A stretch of 64,000 nt of DNA from Centroscyllium fabricii (Eukaryota): the NCBI GenBank assembly GCA_051313645.2, contig JBNRSN020000014.1, positions 142,600,001 to 142,664,000 of the forward strand, given 5' to 3'. The notes below the pieces were generated by a model, which was not told the DNA's origin, did not search any database, and saw nothing but the letters and a program-made list of their open reading frames with translations. The stretch's first letter is position 1; each line of letters opens with the position of its first letter. Positions 47,401-59,400 of this stretch are shown piece after piece. Both the position numbers and the translations under genes were made by a program.

Positions 47401-50400
47401 AAAGGGAATTAAGGGTTATGGTGAGCGGGCAGGTAAGTGGACGTGAGGCTAGGTTCAGATCGGCCATGTGATCTCCTGGACCAGTTTTCGGTCGCCTAGA
47501 TGGGTTGGAGAGGAATTTTCCTGATTTTTTCTCCCAAATTGGCTACTGGGTTTTTTATCTGGTTTTTCGCCTCTCCCAGGTGATCACATGGGTTTGGGCG
47601 GGGTGGAGAGTAAAAATAAAATTGAGGTTAGGATCAGATCAGCCATGATCTTGTTGAATGGCGGAGCAGGCTCGAGGGGCCGATTGGCCTACTCCTGCTC
47701 CTATTTCTTATGTTCTTATGATATTTCAGATGAATACGTGGCTAGAGGAATGGTGCAAGGGGGAGGGATTCAAATTCCTGGGACACTGGAACCGGTTCTG
47801 GGGGAGGTGGGACCAGTACAAACCGGACGGTTTGCACGTGGGCAGGGCTAGGACCGATGTCCTAGGGTGAGTGTTTGCTAGTGCTCTGGGGAGGGTTTAA
47901 ACTAAAATGGCAGGGGGTTGGGAACCTGAGTAGGGGGGCAGATGAAAGGGAAACAAGGACAAAAGCAAAAGATAGGAAGGAGAAAAACCAAAAGTGGCAG
48001 TCAGAGAAATCAACGGTTTAAATCAAACATGGCCACAGTTAACAATAATTCTAATAGGTCTAAGAGCCTTAAAACAAGCCTGAAGGCTTTGTGTCTTAAT
48101 GCGAGGAGCATTCGTAATAAGGTGGATGAATTAGCTGCGCAAATAGAGGTAAACGAATATGATTTGATTGGGATTACGGAAACATGGTTCCAGAGTGGCC
48201 ACGGCTGGGAACTCAACATCAATATTCAGGAAAGATAGGCAAAAAGGAAAGGGAGGTGGGGTAGCATTGATGGTTAAATAGGGGATTAACACAATAGCAA
48301 GGAAGGATATTAGCTCTGATGATGTGGAATCTGTATGGGTAGAGCTAAGAAATACCAAGGGGCAGAAAACGTTAGTGGGAGTGTTATATAGACCTCCAAA
48401 CAGCAATGCGGAGGTTGGAGATGGCATTAAAAGGAAAATTAGAGAAGTGTGCAATAAGGGCACAGCAGTCATCATGGGTGACTTTAATCTACATATAGAT
48501 TGGGCTAACCAAATTAGTAACAATACTGTGAAGGAGGAATTCCTGGAATGTTTAAGGGATGGTTTCCTGGACCAATATGTCGAGGAACCAACCAGAGATC
48601 AGGCCACCTTAAACTGGGTATTATGTAATGAGAAAGGATTAATTAACAATCTTGTTGTACAAGGCCCCTTGGGTCGGAGTGATCATAATACGATCGAATT
48701 CTTCATTAAGATGGAGAATGAAATAGTTGACTCAGAGACTAGGGTCCTGAATTTAAATAAAGGAAACTACGATGGTCTGAGGCACAAGTTGGGTAGGATT
48801 GATTGGGGAATGTCACTCAAAGGGTTGATGGTGGATAGGCAATGGCAAACATTCAAAGATCGCATGGATGAACTACAGAATTTGTTCATCCCAGTTTGGC
48901 CTAAAAAATTTTTAAAAGGAGCCTCAACCGTGGCTAACAAGAAAAATTAGGGATAGCATAAGATCTAAAGAAAGGACATATAAATTGGCCAGAAAAAAAG
49001 CAGTAAACCTGAGGATTGGGAGCAGTTTAGGATTCAGCAAAGGAGGACAAAGGGATTAATTAAGAAGGAAAAAATAGAATGAGAATAAGCTTGCAGATAA
49101 CAAACACTGACTGTAAAAGCTTTTATAGATATGTGAAGAGAAAAAGATTGATGAAGTCAAGCGTAGGTAACTTGCAGTCAGAATCAGGGGAATTTATAAT
49201 GGGGAAGAAATGGCAGACCAATTAAATACATATTTTGGTTCTGTCTTCACAAAGGAGGACACAAATAACCTCCCAGAGATGTCGGGGAACATTGGGTCTG
49301 ATGAAAGGGAGGAACTGAAAGAAATCAGTATTTGTAGGGAAATAGTGTTAGGGAAATTGACGGGATTGAAGGCCACTAAATCCCCAGGGCCTGATAATCG
49401 ACATCCTAGGGTACTTAAGGAAGTGGCCCTAGAAATAGTAGATGCATTGCTGATCATCTTCTAACATTCGATGGAATCTGGAACAGTACACATGGATTGG
49501 AGGGTAGCTAATGTTACCCCACTATTCAAAAAAGGAGGTAGAGAGAAAACAGGGAATTACAGACCGGTAAACCTGACATTGGTAGTGGGGAAAATGCTAG
49601 AGTCCATTATAAAAGATGTAATAGCAGAACACTTGGAAAACAGTGACGGGATCGGACAAAGTCAACATGGATTTACAAAAGGTAAATTGTGCTTGACTAA
49701 TCTACTGGCATTTTTTGAGGATGTAACTGGTAAAATAGATAAGGGAGAACCAGTGGATGTGGTGTATTTGGACTTTCAGAAGGCTTTCGATAAGGTCCCG
49801 CGTAAGAGATTAGCGTGTAAAGTTAAGGCACATCGGATTGGATGCAAGGTATTGACTTGGATGCAGAACTGGTTGTGAGTGGAGGCAAGGTATTGACTTG
49901 GATAGAGAACTGGTTGGCAGACAGAAAGCAAAGAGTTGGAATAAACGATTCGTTTTCCGATTGGCAGGCAGCGACTAGTGGGGTACCGCAGGGATCGGTC
50001 CTTGAACCCCAGCTATTCACAATATATATGATCTAGACAAGGGAACTAGATGTCATATTTCCAAGTTTGCAGATGACACAAAGCTGGGTGGGCGTGTGTG
50101 CTGTCAGGAGGATGCTGAGAAACCCCAGGATGATTTGGACAGATTGGGTGATTGGGTAGAAGCATGGCAGATGCAATATAACGTGGATAAATGTGAGGTT
50201 ATCCACTTTGGTGGCAAAAACAGGAAGGCAAATTATTGTCTTAATGGCAATAGATTGAGAGAAGGGGAAGTGCAGCGAGACCTGGGTGTCCTTATGCACC
50301 AGTCGCTGAAGGTAAGCATGCAGGTGCAGCAGGCGGTTAAGGCGGCAAATGGTATGTTGGCCTTCGTAGCGAGAGGGTTTGAGTACATGAGGAAGGATAT

Positions 50401-53400
50401 CTTGCTGCAGTTGTACAGGGCCTTGGTGAGACCACATCTTGAGTATTGTGTGCAGGTTTGGTCACCTTATCTGAGGAAGGATGTTTTTGCCATGGAAGGA
50501 GTTCAGCGAAGATTCACCAGGCTGATACCTGGGATGGCAGAAATGACATACGAGGAGAGATTGGGTCGACTGGGCTTATACTCGCTGGAGTTTAGAAGAA
50601 TGAGAGGGGATCTCATTGAAACTTATAAAATTCTGACAGGACTGGACAGACTAGATGCAGGAAGGATGTTCCCAATGGTCGGTGAGTCCAGGACCAGGGG
50701 GTCACACATTTAGGACAGAAATGAGGAGGAATTTCCTCACCCAGAGAGTGGTGAACCTGTGGAATTCTCTGCCACAGAAGGCGGTAGAGGCCAATTCATT
50801 AAATATATTCAAGAAGGAGTTGGATATATTTCTTAAGGCTAAAGGGATCAAGGGGTATGGGGAGAAAGCAGGGACAGGGTACTGAATTTGGCTGATCAGC
50901 CATGATCGCATTGAATGGCAGAGCAGGCTCAAGGGGCCGAATGGCCTACTCCTGCTCTTATCGTCTATGTTTCTATTCTTTGAGGAGAGCAACCTGCGTG
51001 CCTGCTGTCCACAGTAAGTCAAGTCACCCAAGGGAGGCACGGTGGCACAGTGGTTAGCACTGTTGTCTCAGCACTGGAGACCCGGGTTCAAATCCAGCCT
51101 CGGGTACCATCTGTGTGGAGTTTGCGCATTCTCCCCGTGTCTGCATGGGTTTCCTCCGGGTGCTCCGGTTTCCTCCCACAGTCCAAAGATGTGCGGGTTA
51201 GGTTGATTGGCCAGGATAAATTGACCCTTAGTGTTAGGGGGATTGAATGTGTGGGGTTACGGGGATAGAGTGGGATATGTGTCGATGCAGGCTCGATAGG
51301 GATCGAGGGATATGGGATGATCAGCCATGATCTCATTGAATGGCGGAGCAGGCTCGAAGGGCCGAATGGCCTACTCCTGCTCCTAGTTTCTATGTTTCTA
51401 TCCTAGCTGGCCCATGTGTCAAGTCCAGGCCAATATTTATCCCTCAGCCAACATCGCTAAAAAAAAACAGATTATCTGGTCATGACCTCATTGCTGTTTG
51501 TGGGATCTTGCTGTGCACAAATTGACTGCCATGTTTCCTACGTTACAACAGTGACTGCACTTCAAAAGTACTCCATTGGCTGTAAAGTGCGTTGGGATGT
51601 CTAGAGGCCGTAAAAGGCGCTATCTAAATGCAAGCACTTTATGTGTCTAGAATGCGACTAACCTCGCCCCATCCTGGCATCAACCAAGAGGATACAGTTT
51701 TTAATTCCTTTTTACCATTGATCTTCAGAGTTTCTTTCAATAGAGTGGACAGACTGCAGACCTGTGACTTTGGTAGCAATTTTCAGGACAGGTACCACAG
51801 AATAATTTAAAAACTACAAAATCCCCATCACTTCCATTGAGCATGCGGTCCGAAAAGACTCACCACGTATTTTTTCTTCACTAATCTTCCGCATCATGTC
51901 ATCCCATATCAAAAGCTTAAGCCCAGGATACTTGTTGACCACAAAACTCCCAACTTCCTTAATGTGGTCCAAGAACATCTTTCCAATGTCCCCTCGTTGT
52001 TCACTGATCCACTGTTTAGATTCGGCACTTTCTCCAAGATGAAAAACCTTCAGAAAGTAACCAGGAAGAAAGTTTTATAAAATACACTATCACCGGCTAC
52101 TCAAGGACTCCACTATCCAACCTCAGTGTTGGAGCAAATGGCATCAAACCCCAGCACAAAGCGCTCTCAATAGACTTCATCACAACCGAGCAACTCCAGG
52201 TTTATCAGTTAACAGCAGGAGAATATAATTAAATACAAATTTCAGCTTCCCCTCATTAAATTTTCAAGGATCCTCCCATTCATTATAAAGATTCCCCAAA
52301 GAACACGGCTGCTGTTCCTGGATCTGATGCAATGTTTGTGGTGGATGATGATTTGCAAATGATCTTCGTCTACCTTGCAATCTAAATGTTTACGAAAACA
52401 GAACAATTCAGACAATTACACTTGAACTGCACTTGGTTGGCAGCTGAAGTACTTTGAAACCATCCCTGCCAGAAGCACTGGGAGACCAACCTCCTGCCAA
52501 AAATCACCGGGAGACCAACCTCCTGCCAAAAATCACCGGGAGACCAAACTGCTGCCAAAATCACCAGGAGACCAAACTCCTGCTAAAAATCACCAGGAGA
52601 CCAAACTCCTGCCAAAATCACCAGGAGACAAAACTCCTGCTAAAAATCACCAGGAGACCAAACTCCTGCCAAAAATCACCGGGAGACCAACCTCCTGCCA
52701 AAAATCACCGGGAGACCAACCTCCTGCCAAAAATCACCAGGAGACCAAACTGCTGCCAAAATCACCAGGAGACCAAACTCCTGCCAAAATCACCGGGAGC
52801 CTCTCATTGGTCAGTGTTCATCTTGACGTGAAGCTGAATCCACTCTCCATTGACAGTAAATGTGTTGTATTAATGGCGAACAGAATCTGACTAAACAAAT
52901 ATTAATGATTTATAAATCTAGCCAATATGACAGTCGGTTAGAGATGAGCAATGAAGAAAGCATAACTGCGGTGAACGTCCCATCGATCATTTAAGGGGAT
53001 TTCTTGCTCCATTTCACCGTGTGTGTGTGTGTGTGTGTGTGTGTCCTCACTCTCCTTTCACACTCACTGTTTCTCCTGATATAAACAGGATCAGATCAGA
53101 TCATTATTCTACAAGGCCAATAATCACTTCAAAACTCCAACTCATCCAGGAGCGCCGCTGATCATATGCTACTTCACATGCCCTGTCCGTGTCAACCTCC
53201 ACTGGCTCCTTGTCCGCACCCACCCGCCTCCCCCCACAGTACGTTGACTTTTTTTCTGCTCCTGCTTATGTCTGTTCCCCTCACACTTTGTGAAGCTCCG
53301 TCCTTAAAGCCATTACTATATATTATTGCAAGCTATTGCTTGAGGTTTGATGTAAACACTCCAATGACAAACATTTACTGCACATGCGATATACTAAAGA

Positions 53401-56400
53401 CAATGGATGCAGTTAACACCACAGCACCGCCGTCATGTATCTTTTACTTAATGTTCATTACTGTACATACCTCATCAGCTCCTATGTGGAGCCAGGCAGA
53501 TTTGCTGTGTTTGTCGAGTACTTGGGAGAGCATCTCCTTCACCAGATTCAGAGAGTCGGGCAAATGGGGATTCAGACTATTGGGGTATCGCTCCACCTCT
53601 CTGAGGTGCCGATGTTTGTCATGCTTGAGAACAAACTGTTGGAGAAACAAAACTACAGTTAAAACAACAATAACAGACTCACACAATAGCAAAATACTGC
53701 GGATGCTGGAAATCTGAAATAACAGCAGAAAATGCTGGAAACAGGCCAGGCAGCATCCGTGGAGAGAGAAACAGAGTTAACGTTTCCGGTCTGGGACCCT
53801 TCATCAGAACTGGAAAAAGCTGGAGATGTAACGGATATTAAGCAGGTGCAGAGACAGGGAGGGGAGGAAGGAATTGAAGGAACATTCTGTGCTAAGGTAA
53901 GAGGCAAGAAAGATAAAATGTTGCAAATGGGGATGGCAAAAATCAAACAGCATGAAAAATGGGAGCATAGGATATAGAGAGGTCAGAGTGGGAGTGAAGC
54001 GGAGAGTTAAAGTGACAGGCAACCAGAAGCTCTGTCACTTTAATTCTCCGCTTCACTCCCACTCTGCTCCCTGTGTCCTCGGCCTCTTACATTGTTCCAA
54101 TGAAGCTCAACGTAAGCTCGAGGAACAGCACCTCATCTTTCGCAATAAGGAGCTCCTGGGTTCGAATCCTGCTTGGCCCAGGACCTCTCTGCGTGGAGTT
54201 TGCATGTTCTCCCCGTGTTCGTGTGGGTTTCCTCCGGGTACTCCGGTTTCCTCCCACCACCCAAAGACATGCAGGTTAGGTGAATTGGAGATACTAAAAA
54301 AATTGCCCATGAGTATGTGTGTGAGATATAGTTTTTGGAGTTGGGGGTGTCGGGGGATATGGGGAGAGGGTAGGAGGGGGGTGCTGGGTTTGGATGATCA
54401 GCCATGATCTCATCAAAAATGGCGGAGCAGGCTCGAATGGCCGACTCCTGCTCCTATCTTCTGTGTTTCGATTAGGCACTTTACAGCCTTCTGGACTCAA
54501 CACGGAGTTCAACAATTTCAGACAATAACCCCTGCTCTCATTTTTCATTCTGTATGATTTTGCCATCCCCATTTGCAACATTTTATCTCTACTGCCTCTT
54601 ACCTTAGCACAGAATATTCCTTCAATTCCTTCCGCCCCTCCCTCTCTCTGCACCTGCTTAATATCAATAACACAGCCTACCAGTTGTCATTTACTGGCCA
54701 GGAAGTAAAGCTAATAAAATCAAGTCATTTGCTCATATCCAAGAGTACTGAGTATTGATGTGGAAGCTGGAAACTAAAAGTAATTTAGGAGTCAATGGTT
54801 AATCAAATTTATGAGTGACAGACCTGCTTATAGTAATAAACTCCCCTAACTAATGAAATTGCTGGTAGCAGAGGGACTAAAGGAAGGTAGAGCTTCCACG
54901 GTTATTTGGTTACGTTATACTGTACTAGCAGGAAGCTTCCCCACAACATTGTGGTCTAGGATTCTGTCCTATGGGAGAGAGAGAAAAATCAGAGCAACAC
55001 CTGAACTTTCAATGGGGTGTTCGCCAGGAACCCACAATGTCTTGAGCCCCGTTCTTGCATTCGTTTCAATTCCTTTGATCAAAGGAGGCACCTCTGCACA
55101 AAGCTTTACCTCATGGCTAGAATGAGTTGAAATTGATACCATTGCAATTATACCCTTCAATTCAAGTTCACTTATCTCAAATGATCTGATAATTCACATT
55201 TTTTCTGGCACTAAATTCCCACTTAGTTGTGTCAATTACATTGTTCAATTCAAAATACTGGACAATTCCAATGTTTTTAAATAGCAGAAAATTACTGAAT
55301 TATCAGGGAGTAGATTGTTGTGAAATACACTCTATGCGATTGCACAGTGGGTTACACTATCTGATGCCGTACTGAATAATACAGATCAGAACCTTCATCG
55401 TCGCTGGGTCAAAATCCTGGAACTCCCTTATCCAACAGCACTGTGGGAGTACCTTCACCACACGGACTGCAGCGGTTCAAGAAGGCAGCTCACCACCACC
55501 TTCTCAAGGGCAATTAGGGATGGGCAATAAATGCTGGCCTTGCCAGCAACGCCCACATCCCATAAACAAAATTTAAAAAACCCTCCCAGGTGTGATCCCT
55601 GGTTTGTGCAGATTTACCAGATCTCAGTTTGACAGCATTGGGGGAATTTTACAATTTACTTCAGTGTCTCTAGGTTAGGGAATGAGAAAAAAATAATCAG
55701 CCAAGGTTCCTGCTCCCGACCACGATCCAGCGACCTGTGTTGAGTGTACGTGGATGTCGGGTGTGGACAGGCATGGGCGTGGGCACCTGCCTGGGTTCAA
55801 AACACAAAAACAATAATTTGAGCAAGGTATTGGAGGGCAGCTGGTTCCCCGAACTGTACCACAGCATGGAGTCAGTTCCTTCTGGAGGGGAAGGGGGTTA
55901 AGTAGAAAATTTTAAAAAACATAGAAACGTTACGCTAAATACCGGATCTGGTTACCGGTGTGCGAGGTCCATCAAATGGAGCTGTAGTCTGCTAAACCGT
56001 CAATGTGCTCCTACATCACACAAAACCGTAACAAAACACTTGTAATCCAGCACATGTCCCACTGCCATGTAGATAAAAACGTAAAAAGTGGTCCCGTATT
56101 CTGCTACTCGCTGACAGTCCCATTGCAACGTGAGTTCAGCCAGGCTCCTCATTACATAAGAACTTAAGAAATAGGAGCAGGAGTAGGCCAATCGGCCCCT
56201 CGAGCCTGCTCCGCCATTCAATAAGATCATGGCTGATCTGATCCTAACCACCAATCTACTATCACAGAACCATCTCCTGAATCTAACAGAATTAGACACA
56301 CGAAATAGGAGCAGGATCAGGCTACATGGTCCCTGGGCCCGCTCCACTACCCACAGGGCCAGAACCGATCTGAACCTAGACTCATGTCCAAATTCCTGTC

Positions 56401-59400
56401 CGCTCCCCGTAACCCTTAATCCCTTTTACTTCTAGGAAACTGTCTATTTCTGTTTTAAATTTATGTAATGATGTAGCTTCTACAGCTTTTTGGGGCAGCA
56501 TGAGTGAAGTAGTTTCTCCTCATCTCCGTTTTGAAAGAGCAGCCCCTTATTCTAAGATAATGCCCCCTAGTTGTTGTTACACCCATCATTGGGAACATCC
56601 TCCCTGCCTCCACCCGATCCAACCCCTTCACAATCTTATATGTTTCAATAAAATCACCCCTCATTCTTCTGAACTCCAATGAGTAGAGTCCCAATCTACT
56701 CAACCTCTCCTCATATGTCCAACCCCTCATCCCTGGGATTAACCGAGTGAACCTTCTTTGTACTGACTCGAGAGCAAGTATGTCCTTTCTTAAGTATGGA
56801 CACCAAAACTGTATGCAGTATTCCAGGTGCGGTCTCGCCAATACCCTGTACAACTGAAGCAATACTTCCCTATTTTTATATTCTAGCCCCCTAGCAATGA
56901 AAGCCAACATTCCATTGGCCTTCTTGATCACTTGCTGCACCTGCATACTAACCTTCTGAGTTTCGTGCACCAGGACCCCCAGATCCCCGGGGATAGGGTG
57001 GGATATGTGTTGATGCAGGCTCGATAGGGATCGAGGGATATGGGAAGAGGGCAGGGGCGGGATACTGGGTTTGGATGCTCAGCCATGATCTCATTGAATG
57101 GCGGAGCAGGCTCGAATGGCCTACTCCTGCTCCTAGTTTCTATGATCCCTTTGTACTACAGTACTTTCCAGTTTCTTGCCATTAAGATAATATCCCGCTC
57201 TACGATTTTTCCTGCCAAAGTGCATAACCTCACACTTTCCAGTATTGTATTCCATCTGCCAAATCTCTGCCCACTTACATAGCCTGTCTATGTCCCCTTG
57301 CAGGTTTTTTATATCCTCCTCACTCACTACTTTCCCTCCCATATTAGTATCATCTACAAACTTTGATATGTTACACTCGGTCCCCTCCTCCAAATCGTTA
57401 ATATAGATTGTAAAGAGTTGGGGACCCAGCACGGACGCCTGGGGAACACCACTAGTTACCGATTGCCAGTCTGAGAATGAACCATTTATCCCAACTCTCT
57501 GCCTTCTGTTAGATAGCCAATCCTCTATCCATGCCAGAATATTACCCCCAATTCCATGATTTTTTATTTTAAGGAATAATCTTTTGTGTGGCACCTCGTC
57601 AAATGCCTTTTGAAAGTCTAAATACACTACGTCCACTGGTTCCCCTTTATCCACCCTATATGTTACTTCCTCAAAGAACTCCAACAAATTTGTCAAACAA
57701 GACTTCCCCTTCATAAAACCATGCTGACTTTGTCCTATTAAATTATGTTTATCCAAATGTCCTGTTACTGTCTCCTTAATAATGGACTCCAAAATTTTAC
57801 CCACGACAGATGTTAGGCTAACTGGTCTATAGTTTCCAGCCTTCTGTCTACTGCCCTTTTTAAATAAGGGTGTTACAATAGCAGTTTTCCGTCTGCCGGG
57901 ACTTTTGCTGAGTCCAGGGAATTTTGGAAAATTATTACCAATGCATCCACAATCACTACCGCCACTTACCTCAAGACCCTAGGATGTAAGTCATCAGGTC
58001 CAGGTGATTTATCCGCCTTGAGCCCCATTATTTTACAGAGTACCACTTCCTTAGTGATTTTGATCATGTTTAGCTCCTCCCCCCCCCCCCCCCCCACCCA
58101 CCAAAAGTCCAGTGTTGAGATATTCTTAGTGGCCTCTACTGTAAAGACTGATACAAAATATTCATTTAGTGTTTTTGCCATCTCCATATTTCCCACCATT
58201 AATTTCCCGGTCTCATCCTCTAAGGGACCTACATTTACTTTAGCCACCCTTTTTCTTTTTATATAACTATAGAAACTCTTACTATCTGTTTTTATATTTT
58301 TTGCTCATTTACTTTCATAATCTATCTTCCCTTTCTTAAATCAATCTTTTTGTTGTTTTTTGCTGTCTTTTAAATTTTTCCCAATCCTCCATCCTCCCAC
58401 TAGATTTGGCTACATGCCCTTGTTTTTTGTTGAATACTATCCTTAATTTCTTTACTTAGCCACGGATGGCTGTCTTTTCTTTTACACCCTTTTCTTCTCA
58501 GTGGAATATTTTTTTTTTGGAAGCAGTAAAGTAACTCCTTAAATGTACACCACTGATTCATGTATCGTCTTACCCTTTAATCTGTTTTCCCAATCCACTC
58601 TAATCAATTCCTCTCTCATACTCATAATTAACCGATTGATTAAGTGTGTAGTCTCCTTTATTCAAGCTTAGCATGCTTGTTTGAGATCCAACCTTCTCAC
58701 CCTCTAATTGAATATGGAATTCAAGCATGTTATGGTCACTCATTCCAAGGGGACCCGAGGGACCAGCCAATGACACCCCACCGACGAACATGGAAGAGCA
58801 ACTTCAAAGTACTGTAGCAACAAACTGCATGACTAGGAGAGTGCCAGTCAACCTGGAGATTAAAACGGAAATTGCAAACGCAGAAATAAAAACAGAAAAT
58901 ACCCTGTACTGGAAAGGGTAAAGCGGCTCGGCGAGTGGAAAGAGGTATGTTGATGTTTTGGATGGAAACCAAAACCAGGCAGGGTTCTGATGAAGGGTCC
59001 CACTCGGAACATTAACCCGTTTTCTCTTTCACATGGCCTCAAACCGGTGTATTTTCTGCATGTCTTGTTCTTCAGGGACTAAAACACAGCCTGACGGAAG
59101 TCTATTCGGAGGCAGAGTGGCCTGCGCCCTCGCGTTCTCTCTCTCTCGCATACACACACACTCATTGACCTTACCTCCATGTGCCCAAAGGTTTGAATTA
59201 AGGGAATAATCTCCAGGTTACTGCTCTCAGCCAACTGTTGGATCGTGTCGATATCAGCAGAACTGCATGGTGAAAACAAAATGGAATCAACGCAAATGTA
59301 CAACAACTACACACATTACACAGATTCCAGAGGTACAGTGTATAAAGAATAATGGATGCCATGTAACACACTCCCAGTCCCAGGTATTCATTATTCTAGA

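Larger units (their letters stand above)
43380..50975 (+). mobile_element. Near full-length decayed CR1 LINE (ORF1 zinc finger/esterase, ORF2 APE-RT) containing nested insertions
   Basis: ORF1 [15 protein letters not shown] and [10 protein letters not shown] at 43415; ORF1 resumes at ~47721. ORF2 motifs [28 protein letters not shown] and the RT motifs follow, with the 3' tail at ~50970. Confidence 0.88.
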
